64,000 bases of DNA, taken from assembly GCA_965215885.1 (NCBI GenBank), contig CBDCEW010000092.1, positions 40,145-104,144 of the forward strand, written 5' to 3'. Shown piece after piece: positions 55,058 through 64,000 of this stretch. The notes below the pieces were generated by a model. It had not been told where the DNA came from. It ran no database searches and saw only the letters and a program-made list of their open reading frames with translations. The stretch's first letter is position 1. Every line of letters starts with the position of its first letter. This DNA comes from Candidatus Moanibacter sp. (GTDB taxonomy: Bacteria; Verrucomicrobiota; Verrucomicrobiia; Opitutales; UBA2987). The translations under genes were made by a program, and so were the position numbers.

Positions 55058-55882
55058 ATGCCTGAACTGGGTGAAGTCGAGTATTACCGAAAGGTCTGGG
55101 ATCCGGGCATCGGACAGCGAGTAAAAGAGGTCTTGGTTCATTCCCGCGCACGGCCGTTTAGGAATTGCCGGGTCAAGGAACTTAAAGAGCGACTCGTCGG
55201 GGCGATCTATCGCTCATCTCAGGCACATGGTAAGCGACTCCTCTTCCGTTTCTCAGGAAATGTTTGGCTCGGGCTGCATCTGGGGATGAGTGGAAAGCTG
55301 GCAATCGGCGCCCCCGAATTGGTGCCCGAGAGGCATGAACATCTCGTTCTCGTGCAATCGAGGCAGGCGCTCGTCTTCACAGACTACCGTCAGTTTGGAG
55401 AGGTGCGCTTTCACATCGGAAAAAGCGCTCCTCATTGGTGGCGAGACCTTCCGCCTTCCCTCCTTAGTGATGAATTCGACAGGGATTCGCTCAGAAGATT
55501 CCTGAAGCGTCATGCACGGGCGCCGCTCAAGGCGGTTCTTCTTCTGCAGGAGCGTTTTCCCGGAATCGGCAATTGGATGGCCGATGAGATCCTGTGGCGG
55601 GCGCGAATCTATCCAGGTTGTCCCGCCGGAAGGATCGAAAGGCTGAAGCTGTCACATCTCTACAGGAGCGTCAGGGAGGTTGCGGGTGATGCATTGAAAG
55701 TGATCGGTAATGATTGGGGCGACCCGCCCGATACCTGGCTCTTTAATCATCGATGGAAGGATGGGGGGAATTGCCCAAAATCCGGAAAGCCACTCGTGCG
55801 GGAGAAAATTGGCGGGAGGACAACCTGCTGGAGCCCCACCTGGCAGAAGTGGGCTAGCCCGGACATTTCAGACACTTCGTAG
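55058..55882 (+). CDS. Fpg/Nei-family DNA glycosylase
   Basis: N-terminal MPELGEVE, HGK, HLGMSG, H2TH GIGNWMADEIL, degenerate zinc finger CPKSG...GGRTTCWSPTWQ. Confidence 0.93.
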   Translation: MPELGEVEYYRKVWDPGIGQRVKEVLVHSRARPFRNCRVKELKERLVGAIYRSSQAHGKRLLFRFSGNVWLGLHLGMSGKLAIGAPELVPERHEHLVLVQSRQALVFTDYRQFGEVRFHIGKSAPHWWRDLPPSLLSDEFDRDSLRRFLKRHARAPLKAVLLLQERFPGIGNWMADEILWRARIYPGCPAGRIERLKLSHLYRSVREVAGDALKVIGNDWGDPPDTWLFNHRWKDGGNCPKSGKPLVREKIGGRTTCWSPTWQKWASPDISDTS

Positions 55883-55924
55883 TGAGATCCGCGGTCGTAG
55901 TAGAAGGTTTGTGAGATGTTCGGG

Positions 55925-56593
55925 CTAGTCGGCGGTCGACCTGATTGAAATGGGTGGGAGATTTTGATTCTCGAAATTATAGGAAAATAACTCGATATCT
56001 TCTCTCCAATGTTTCGCTACCCTCTCCCGGCTGGAGTAGGAAAAATAGGACCGATAATCCTCGTGCACGGTTGTGTTGATGCGAGGCAATTCAGCTGATA
56101 CATGAAGTCTGTCGCAGACAGCGGCAAAATCCCGTGACAGGTTCTCAAAGCGGCCAATATAATCGACGAGGATAACACCATCTTCATCGATGAGAAACTC
56201 TCCCTGGGAACGCCTGTTTCGCGCGATTTCAAATTCGATATACTCTTCGAGTCCCGACATCGCACAGACCCGTCGATGGTGGCGGTGGGACGGTGTCGAA
56301 AGGAGGTAGTGATATTGGCTCACTACCCAGTCCCACGGATTTCGGACAAATGCGAACTTGAAGTAGCTGTCGAATATGTCGGTTGGTAATTGGCGCCGCA
56401 GGCGATCGGCCGTAATGTGCTCAGGGAAGCGTATCCTCCTGTAGTCCCACTCCAGGCCCATCCGATTGCGGAGCCGTTGAATCCAGAGGCAATCCGGTTC
56501 ATGAGCGAAACTCCGCAGGGCCCGTTGAATACTTGTACCGGCGGATTTACTTACGTGAACAAAAATGAACCGGTTACTGAGAGACAAAATCAA
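55925..56593 (-). CDS. Sulfotransferase family 2 protein
   Basis: FIFVHVSKSAGTSI, FAFVRNPWDWVVSQY, DYIGRFENL, EDIELFSY. Confidence 0.9.
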   Translation of the reverse strand: MILSLSNRFIFVHVSKSAGTSIQRALRSFAHEPDCLWIQRLRNRMGLEWDYRRIRFPEHITADRLRRQLPTDIFDSYFKFAFVRNPWDWVVSQYHYLLSTPSHRHHRRVCAMSGLEEYIEFEIARNRRSQGEFLIDEDGVILVDYIGRFENLSRDFAAVCDRLHVSAELPRINTTVHEDYRSYFSYSSRERVAKHWREDIELFSYNFENQNLPPISIRSTAD

Positions 56594-56718
56594 AGCGATC
56601 CCTCCGCAGTCGAGACGGAATTCTCTCGCCGTCCCTTGACACCAGAAATCGAAGCAAACCGTTCATTCATGGGTCTGTTCCGCTGTTCCTTTTGATTGAC
56701 TAATGCATCCTATCGAAC

Positions 56719-57323
56719 CTATGGCTCGCCGGTATCCTCCGGATTATCCTTTTCGGCCGATTTTTCCCAATCGCTCCTGAGTATACCATAACCTTCCAGG
56801 TCTTCATACCTGCCTGCCTTGAATACGTGCTCACGGAAGCTACCCTCTTTCTTCATTCCGCACTTTGTCATTACCCTGCCCGAGGAAGGATTCCGGCTGA
56901 TGTGATGTGCAACGATCTTGTTCAGACCGAGTTCTCTGAATCCGTACTCGATAACGGCTCGTGACGCTTCCGTGCAGTATCCACGATTCCAATACTCCTT
57001 TCCGACCCAGTAGCCGAGTTCAGCCCTTCTGAATCTGGCATTGATGGTCATGCCGATGGCGCCGATTAAGAGGCCGGATTCTACTACGGTTATCGCGAAA
57101 TTCACGAGTTCCCCGGCTTCGTGCTTCGGCAGATGCGTCGATATCCATTCTTCGGCCATGCCGTCTTTATAGGGGTGGGGAACATTCAGCGTAGTGTCCG
57201 CAATCCCAAATCGCCGGCCAACTCCTTCACCCGCGGAGCATCCGACAGCGCGAAAGGCCTCAGGGAAAGCCGGTCTGTTTCAAGGGTTGGTTGTGAGATC
57301 AATGTGAGACAGATCGTTGTCAT
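56719..57323 (-). CDS. RimJ/RimL-family GNAT acetyltransferase, frameshift near 57205
   Basis: LETDRLSLRPF in one frame; TTLNVPHPY, AELGYWVGKEYWNRGY and NPSSGRVMTKCGM in another. Confidence 0.88.
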
Positions 57324-57429
57324 CTTTGGGTTGATTGGCAAGAAAGTGATAACTTATCGCGGTTAGACGGATCTCGACGACGGATCGATTGAGAATATGC
57401 GTGAAAGCGCACGTCTCACCCCTGTTACC

Positions 57430-58400
57430 TCAGCCACTTTTCCCCCCACTGGGGTATCCCAGCGATTTATCCACCTCATTAATGAGTGGTTGTCCGGCGA
57501 GATAACGTTCCAGATTTCTGCAGAAAAAGGCGACGGTGCGGTCGTGGCGGACAGGGGAAGCGCCGGCAATGTGTGGGGTTATAAGCACATTATCCATCTC
57601 CCAAAGGGGACTCTCCGGCGGCAACGGCTCCTCTTCGAATACATCCAATGCCGCTCCGGCAATTCTACCTTCCACAAGCGCTTCAATCAGGGCGGTTTCA
57701 TCGACGACGCCTCCGCGAGCGGTGTTCACCAGATACGCCCGCTCCTTCATGAGCGATAGGGTGCGCGCGTTAATCAATTTGTCTGTCTCCGAGGTATGCG
57801 GACACGCCAGGAAAATGACATCGGATTCTTTGAGAATCTCATCGAAGCGCTCGAAACCCCAAACCGCGTCGACGTAGTCGGGCGATTCAACGGCCTGTAT
57901 ATCCAGTGCCAGGATTCGGGTCTCATAGGCCCGGGCTAAACGTGCGTAATGTCGGCCGATGCCGCCGAGCCCAATGATTCCGATCGTCTTGCCGTAGATG
58001 TCATCGACCGGGAGACGATTCCATTCGTGCGCGCATTGGGCTTTGAAGAAACCGGGCAACCCACGAAAGAGGGCGGTCGTGAGCGCCCAGGCGTGCTCGG
58101 CGACCTGGATCGCGTGCACACCGCTCGCATTCGTAACGATCATGTCGCTGTCTACGATGGCCGAAAAAAACATTCGGGAAAGAGCAGCGCGTCCATACCC
58201 GCGCTTGTGCTTTGGATCCATTTGAGCTTTCCAGCCGCTCGAATGATATCGCGCGTGTGATGGCCGAAAAAAACATCGGCCTCGGCCACGGCGCCTAAGA
58301 TGGTGTCTTCAGGTGGCATGAGGACCTCTGCATCGGGGGCTGTGCGCTGCACTGCTTCTCTAAAACGTTCGTCTACCGGTGGGTATAACACGATTTTCAT
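57430..58400 (-). CDS. D-2-hydroxyacid dehydrogenase, frameshift near 58160-58190
   Basis: LKWIQSTSAGMD in ORF 58152-58418; GIIGLGGIG, VNTARG, AALDVFEEEPL and ITPHIAG in ORF 57430-58221. Confidence 0.9.
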
Positions 58401-58429
58401 GGATTTTATTGGAGTCAAGATTCCATGGA

Positions 58430-58712
58430 TTTCGACAAGGTTTGTGACGAGGTTCGTGACAAGGTTTGCTACGTTGAACAGCGCATTTGTTGAGAATCAG
58501 AGATTGGCACCGATTAGGGCGAAAGCAACTCCTACTTCCTTCGGTAACCTCGTCACGAACCTCACTCCCGAACCTTGTCCATGAAACGCTCCCGCGGTGT
58601 ATTCGGCCCGTAGACGATCATTTTCAGTCACCTTCCGAAGCTGAACACAACTTCAACGGGGTCAAGATTTCAACAGTTTCGTATGGATTTTGACAAGGTT
58701 CGTGACGAGGTT
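58430..58712. repeat. Short (12-bp period) GAC(A/G)AGGTT(C/T)GT repeats with inverted partners; related cluster at ~29545-29735
   Basis: GACAAGGTTTGTGACGAGGTTCGTGACAAGG, AACCTCGTCACGAACCTC, GACAAGGTTCGTGACGAGG. Confidence 0.65.
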
Positions 58713-58927
58713 TTTGATTATCGAGTTTGGCAACATCCAAAAAAGACACTTGCCCGTTCCTTATTCGAAGTCGTATTCTGGAGCGTGGCAGCACTTGTTT
58801 GTGCGCAGCATTTATGAGTTCGGCGCGCGCTTCGAGTGCTAGCCCGATGACAAACAGACTGAACTGCAGTTACGCAATCGGCTGAATCGACGGGAGGCGG
58901 GCTGCATCCACTGAAAGGAGGAAACTG

Positions 58928-61651
58928 ATGGTGCAACGCCAATTTGTCTTTAGCATCGTTTTCTTGGGGCTTTTAACGAGTTCGACCCTGCCTTTGGGTT
59001 TGGCCGCGCAGGCACCGCTCTCCGCTGCGCGAGAGTGGAACGAGGAGTTGCTCGAGGCCATACGGAACGATTTCGCGCGCCCGCCCGTGCACGGGCGTAA
59101 TCTCTTTCACACCTCGATTGCTATGTGGGATGCCTGGGCGGCCTACGATTCTGTCGCCCTCAGTTATCTCTTACGCGAAAAGGCCACGGCCTCGGACGTG
59201 GCGGCAGCGCGGCATGAAGCGATCAGCTACGCAGCCTATCGCATCCTCAGCGCCCGTTTCGTAATCTCGCCGGGCGCGGTCGATACGCTGGCGTCGTTCG
59301 ACGCGAAGATGGCGGAATTCGGTTACGACATCGGATTCACCGACGCGACGGGCGGTTCGCCGGCCGCGCTGGGCAATCGGATCGCCGCCGCCGTGCTCGC
59401 GTTCGGAGCGACCGATGGCGCTAATGAAGAGAACGATTATGAGAATCGCTTCTACGAACCGCGTAACCCACCACTGCTTCCGGCGCTTCCCGGCAATCCG
59501 GACATCGGGGATCCGAACCTCTGGCAGCCGCTCGTGCTCAGCTTCTTCGTCGACCAGGCCGGCAACCCATTGCCCTTTGGTGTTCCTGCGTTCCAGAGTC
59601 CGGAATGGGGCATGGTCACGCCCTTCGCGCTCACCGACGACGACCTCACCATCTTCGAGCGCGATGGGAATGAGTATTGGGTCTATCTCGATCCGGGCCC
59701 TCCGCCTTTGATTGGAGGGGTGGGCGACGCCGACTATCGATCGGGCTTCGAGCAGGTGCTGGAATGGAGCGGACTCCTGGACCCCGCCGACGGCGTGATG
59801 ATCGATATCAGTCCAGACGCACGCGGCAACAACACGCTCGGGACGAACGACGGCAATGGCCGTGCGCTCAACCCGGTCACAGGTTTGCCTTATACGCCAC
59901 AGATCGTTCCCGCGGCGGACTACTTCCGTGTGCTTGCCGAGTTCTGGGCGGACGGACCCGATTCCGAGACTCCTCCCGGCCATTGGTTTACCATAGCCAA
60001 CTTCGCCTCCGACCACCCCCTCATGGTGAAGCGCATCGGAGGCGCCGGTCCCTTGGTCGATGACCTCGAGTGGGACGTCAAGCTCTACTTTGCGCTGGGT
60101 GGCGCGGTGCACGATGCGGCGGTCGCGGCCTGGGGGGTGAAGGGTTGGGACGACTACGTGCGCCCGATTTCGGCGATTCGCTACATGGCCGACAACGGAC
60201 AGAGCAGCGACCCGGCCGGGCCTTCCTACCACCCGGACGGCATCAGCCTGGCGCCGGGCAGGGTAGAGGTGGTTACGGAGGAGACGATCGCACCCGGTGA
60301 GCGGCACGAGCACCTCGCCGGAGTCATGGACGCGAACGTGGGTAAGATCGCCGCAATGGCCTGGCGCGGCCCGGACTTTATTCCCGATGCCGCGACAACG
60401 ACGGCCGGGGTAGGCTGGATCCTTGTGGAAAACTGGTGGCCCTATCAACGACCGACCTTCGTAACTCCACCCTTCGCCGGCTATCCTTCGGGCCACAGCA
60501 CGTTCAGCCGTGCCGCGGCGGAGGTGCTGACGTTATTCACCGGTGACGCCTTCTTCCCAGGCGGCTTCGGGGAGTTTTTCGCGCCGCAAAATGAATTCCT
60601 TGTCTTCGAGGACGGGCCGAGCGTGGACATCACACTACAGTGGGCGACCTACCGGGACGCCGCGGACGAGACCAGTATCTCTCGCATTTATGGAGGAATC
60701 CATCCGACCGCGGACGACATTCCCGGACGTTTCATGGGCGAGAAGATCGGCGTCGACGCCTTCGAACTGGCGTCGCGCTTTTTCGATCCGAGGCTACTTC
60801 TCGACGGCTCCGCGGTCTTTGTGAACGATGGCACTTCTTTTCAAGGAAACACGTATAACGGCTTTGAACTGACGGGTCAGGAAGCGACTTTATCATCCTT
60901 TCCGGGAGAGATTACACGAGTCGCTTTCCTCGATCCGGATCGCGACCTCGTATTCGTAGAGTTTGGGAGCGACGATCCGAATACTTCCCTGAATATTAGT
61001 CTAAGGGGCTTCGTCGGTGGAGTTCCGTCACCCTACAATCAGCCCGGAAAGACGTATTCGCAGGGCCTGGCGGCGATCAGTATCGAAAACTCGACATCGG
61101 GAACCTACCTATCAGTTTTCAGTTTAGGCAACGATCCCGATCGCGTCGACACTGCTATAATAGGAGCCAACACGTTTGCGGGGACGGTCGATGGAATCGC
61201 CGACGTTCAGTCGATTTCCGTGGTGTCGTTTGAAGGCCTGCCGACGATGATCGCGGGGATAAATGCGGCCAATGCGAATTTTGTCGGACAACCGGGATTG
61301 ATCCAGTATATTGGAATCAGTGCGCCTGAAGTAATTGTAACAGACTTTCTTTTCATTGGCGACCTCACCCCAATAGCGCAGGCTTCCCCGAGGATAGTGA
61401 TCAGTCCTCTTTCCACCCTTCCTGAGATATCCATTACCGGTGGCGACCTGCTTGAGGCCGGAGGCTCGCGTCAGATCTACACCAATGGTCTCGTCTATCC
61501 TTTCAGCTTTACTGCTGCCGAGGGACAACGCTCCATCAGTAATTCCCCGCTTCGAGCGGACCTCGGAGACGGGCGACTCGATCGGGTAACCGATACTTTC
61601 GTGAGCGATGTAGACAGCTACTTCCTCATCGACGGGCAGTCGAACCGCTAG
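58928..61651 (+). CDS. Exported vanadium-dependent haloperoxidase-like (PAP2 superfamily) protein with C-terminal extension
   Basis: WGVKGWDDYVRP, PPFAGYPSGHS and SRIYGGIH vanadate/phosphate-binding motifs; signal peptide; 907 aa. Confidence 0.85.
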   Translation: MVQRQFVFSIVFLGLLTSSTLPLGLAAQAPLSAAREWNEELLEAIRNDFARPPVHGRNLFHTSIAMWDAWAAYDSVALSYLLREKATASDVAAARHEAISYAAYRILSARFVISPGAVDTLASFDAKMAEFGYDIGFTDATGGSPAALGNRIAAAVLAFGATDGANEENDYENRFYEPRNPPLLPALPGNPDIGDPNLWQPLVLSFFVDQAGNPLPFGVPAFQSPEWGMVTPFALTDDDLTIFERDGNEYWVYLDPGPPPLIGGVGDADYRSGFEQVLEWSGLLDPADGVMIDISPDARGNNTLGTNDGNGRALNPVTGLPYTPQIVPAADYFRVLAEFWADGPDSETPPGHWFTIANFASDHPLMVKRIGGAGPLVDDLEWDVKLYFALGGAVHDAAVAAWGVKGWDDYVRPISAIRYMADNGQSSDPAGPSYHPDGISLAPGRVEVVTEETIAPGERHEHLAGVMDANVGKIAAMAWRGPDFIPDAATTTAGVGWILVENWWPYQRPTFVTPPFAGYPSGHSTFSRAAAEVLTLFTGDAFFPGGFGEFFAPQNEFLVFEDGPSVDITLQWATYRDAADETSISRIYGGIHPTADDIPGRFMGEKIGVDAFELASRFFDPRLLLDGSAVFVNDGTSFQGNTYNGFELTGQEATLSSFPGEITRVAFLDPDRDLVFVEFGSDDPNTSLNISLRGFVGGVPSPYNQPGKTYSQGLAAISIENSTSGTYLSVFSLGNDPDRVDTAIIGANTFAGTVDGIADVQSISVVSFEGLPTMIAGINAANANFVGQPGLIQYIGISAPEVIVTDFLFIGDLTPIAQASPRIVISPLSTLPEISITGGDLLEAGGSRQIYTNGLVYPFSFTAAEGQRSISNSPLRADLGDGRLDRVTDTFVSDVDSYFLIDGQSNR

Positions 61652-61702
61652 CCCGCATATTTCACACACTTCGTAGCGAGACTGCGGCTGCCTGAGTAAA
61701 GT

Positions 61703-62632
61703 CTATTTATCCGGCCAGTCCCAGGAAGCGAGGTCATCACTCCAGGCCAGGGCTATCGAGCAATTAGCCCATTCGTTGTCGACTGTTCGCTCCTTTCCCG
61801 GTCCGCCTGCATGGAAGAACAAGAGGTACTTGCCTATCGTCGGTTCTCGGCGGAGATCCAGCACGCAACCAGCGGTTAGCCGCCTCTCCGCCCAGCTCCA
61901 GCCCTCTTGTCCGAGGGTGATCAATTCCCCGACATCCCGCCATTGCGCGAGATCGGGAGACCGTTTCATCCCGATCCCATTCTGAGGAGCGTGAAAGAGC
62001 AGGTATTCGTCATCATCGATGAGAACACAGACATTCTCTCCGCAATCGGTTCGCCCGTGAAAGGTCCAATTCTTCAGGTCATAGGACCAGGAGAAACTCA
62101 CTCCTCGCTGCTTGTAGAAACACCACCACTTGCGCAAATCGTCTTTGTCCTGAACAAGATAGGGGTCGATCATACGTCCCATGTTCTCCCTCGGCACTTC
62201 GGATCCCTTTACGCGCAGCAACTCCGGATCGCTCCAATGCAGAAGGTCGTCGCTTCGCATTATCCAAATACGGGAGTCCTGATTGCCGACGAGAAAGCCG
62301 TCGGCTCGTCGGTAATCGGGGATCGGGTAGGTTTGCAGACACAACACCCACTCGTCTGCGTGGCGGACTACATTGCCGGGACTTGAGTAGTTGAGATGTT
62401 GATCTTTCGGTGTGATCGGCTTTGGCTCCGAAAAGTTCCGCAGGTCATGGGATGTGCTGACGGCGGTCTGAAAGAAAATGGAACCATCTTCTTCTGTTCT
62501 AATCACGGTCGGAAAAAGATAGAAAATCCCCTCGTGATAGAGAACTGCGACGTCGCGATACGCCGTAATATCGTCGCCCAGCCAGATCCTTAGGGATTGG
62601 AGATTGTGCAGGATGCTCACAACAGAGGGCAT
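61703..62632 (-). CDS. Five-bladed beta-propeller glycoside-hydrolase-like protein (GH43/32/130-like fold)
   Basis: AYRDVAV, MIDPYL, repeated S-x-DL-x-x-W Asp-box-like motifs. Confidence 0.7.
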   Translation of the reverse strand: MPSVVSILHNLQSLRIWLGDDITAYRDVAVLYHEGIFYLFPTVIRTEEDGSIFFQTAVSTSHDLRNFSEPKPITPKDQHLNYSSPGNVVRHADEWVLCLQTYPIPDYRRADGFLVGNQDSRIWIMRSDDLLHWSDPELLRVKGSEVPRENMGRMIDPYLVQDKDDLRKWWCFYKQRGVSFSWSYDLKNWTFHGRTDCGENVCVLIDDDEYLLFHAPQNGIGMKRSPDLAQWRDVGELITLGQEGWSWAERRLTAGCVLDLRREPTIGKYLLFFHAGGPGKERTVDNEWANCSIALAWSDDLASWDWPDK

Positions 62633-62704
62633 TTACCCTTTTCGAACAGGCTCCAAATATCTCCTCATTGTCCCGGCTGTATGTGGTTAAGCACGTGCGC
62701 TCGC

Positions 62705-63907
62705 CTACAGACTAACGATAAAGACATCGCTCCGGCTCCGCTCGACCCACTTGTCGCGTCTCGCGGCATTAAACGACATCCAGCGGCCGGTTGGATCTGA
62801 AAGCGGATGGGGATGGGGGTACTGGTAGGGCATGCTCTGCCAGTCTGTGTCGTGGCGCCCGATCACTTCGAAACGTGGGAGCTCTTTCTCGTAGTAGAGC
62901 CAAAAAAGCATGTCGTTAGTGACATTTCCATCAATGATGATGGCCGGCCTTCCGGCCATGGCTGTGACGTGCCCGTAATAGGGCGCATCCACAAAATTGT
63001 ATTCCTGTATAACCTCTCCTCCTCGGTCGATGATACCGATGTACCATCCTCCCTTGGCGCTGCGGCCGTGATAGACGACGGCCTCGCCGTCCCAGGTCCA
63101 CGCCGCATGGGTCTGCCTCGGACGTTCGTCCCGGGGCCGCAATTCCGTCAATTCACCCGTGGACGGCCGCAGTGTCCACACCCGGCTCGCCTCCTGGGCG
63201 CGGGCACTCGGCTTGGTTCGATCGATCATGATTAAGTCGGGATCGGTTGGGCAATGTGGACAATGGCCGCAGAATATACCCTCTTCCTCGTAGATCGTCT
63301 CAACTTCGCCGCCCGCCAGCGGCACTTGCACTAGCCGCGAGAAGATGGGCCCATCCATGTAACCGCGCCAGCCGTCGATTATTCGCTCTCCTGTGATCAG
63401 CTTGGGGTGGATTGGCATGATGGGCAGGACCACGTGAGTCTCAGTGGGATCAACGCTGGGAATCCCGCCGGCGTATTCGGCCCCGATGTCGTCAATGAGG
63501 ATTCGCTCTTCAAGCGACTCAAGCTGGACGGCTCGAAGAGAGCGATCGAGTACATAGATTGCCCACTTGCTCCTTGGAGCGATCGTCGTTTCCGTGGCAA
63601 CCCCCCTGCCGTTACCGAGCCCCTGTCCAAATCCCCGAGACCAGTTCATGCGGGAACCCACGCCGTCCACCCAGTCGATTAGCTGGGTAATCTCGCCGGT
63701 GGAGACTTCACAGCGGAAGATGGTGCTCCGCGCGTGGCGCGCCGACGCGAAGATCAAGTATTCGCCATCGGCGGTGAAGCCCGTGTTGGTATGATAAGTC
63801 GGAGTCGTGTTGTAGTGCCCCATGGAGGTTATCCGGCGCACCTCTCGCAAGGTCACCGGATCGAGATAGACCTCCGATTCGTTCCAACTCTCTCCTTTGC
63901 CGGCCAT
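62705..63907 (-). CDS. Oligogalacturonate lyase-like / TolB-like beta-propeller protein
   Basis: YLDPVTLREVRRIT, YHTNTGFTADGEYLIFAS, GEITQL, HPHPLSDPTGRWMSF. Confidence 0.75.
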   Translation of the reverse strand: MAGKGESWNESEVYLDPVTLREVRRITSMGHYNTTPTYHTNTGFTADGEYLIFASARHARSTIFRCEVSTGEITQLIDWVDGVGSRMNWSRGFGQGLGNGRGVATETTIAPRSKWAIYVLDRSLRAVQLESLEERILIDDIGAEYAGGIPSVDPTETHVVLPIMPIHPKLITGERIIDGWRGYMDGPIFSRLVQVPLAGGEVETIYEEEGIFCGHCPHCPTDPDLIMIDRTKPSARAQEASRVWTLRPSTGELTELRPRDERPRQTHAAWTWDGEAVVYHGRSAKGGWYIGIIDRGGEVIQEYNFVDAPYYGHVTAMAGRPAIIIDGNVTNDMLFWLYYEKELPRFEVIGRHDTDWQSMPYQYPHPHPLSDPTGRWMSFNAARRDKWVERSRSDVFIVSL

Positions 63908-64000
63908 ACCCCATTAACAATCCCCGAATTCAACAGTTCAACAGCAAAATGCGCCACTTCTCTTCTTACAGTAGCCATAGAGTTCACCTCCGACACCCAA

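Noticed and set aside
1481..58400. Frameshifts in lpdA, the CSLREA gene, the GNAT and the hydroxyacid dehydrogenase as programmed recoding or real pseudogenes
   Set aside because: Isolated indels, often in or near short homopolymers, in otherwise intact genes are best explained as sequencing or assembly errors; this needs reads to settle.
59171..60496. 441-aa antisense ORF (and similar long shadow ORFs at 38519-39376 and 46919-47701)
   Set aside because: They lie opposite well-supported genes in GC-rich coding DNA and show no recognisable motifs.

Overview
A 64-kb window from a bacterial chromosome, probably Verrucomicrobiota/PVC (inferred from the long PVC-type L28, a PEP-CTERM protein and CSLREA surface proteins). 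Core and metabolic genes: lpdA, a TonB-dependent receptor with tandem Fur-like operators, a phnDCE-type ABC transporter, tRNA-Arg(CCG), glgC, rpmB, tsaD, Fpg/Nei, signalling proteins, a vanadium haloperoxidase-like protein and sugar-active beta-propellers. The mobile-DNA load is heavy: an IS4 with exact TIRs and an 11-bp TSD, an ISL3 that splits a histidine-kinase gene (8-bp TSD), a decayed IS that splits a ~1857-aa subtilase/CSLREA gene (6-bp TSD), an IS481 stub, a complete class C-like group II intron, a two-ORF Mutator-like (CxxH) transposase element, and several families of palindromic or tandem intergenic repeats. Best leads: (1) the two-ORF element with an A9 -1 frameshift site, bracketed by two ~220-bp inverted, covarying hairpin elements; (2) a group II intron inserted inside the GTAG foot of a REP-like hairpin; (3) a small-protein + ADP-ribosyltransferase-like gene pair in the tRNA-Arg-adjacent accessory region; (4) an IS4 that appears to target a dispersed repeat. 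Several isolated frameshifts in ordinary genes look like sequencing or assembly indels. All product calls come from motifs read by eye; no database search was run.
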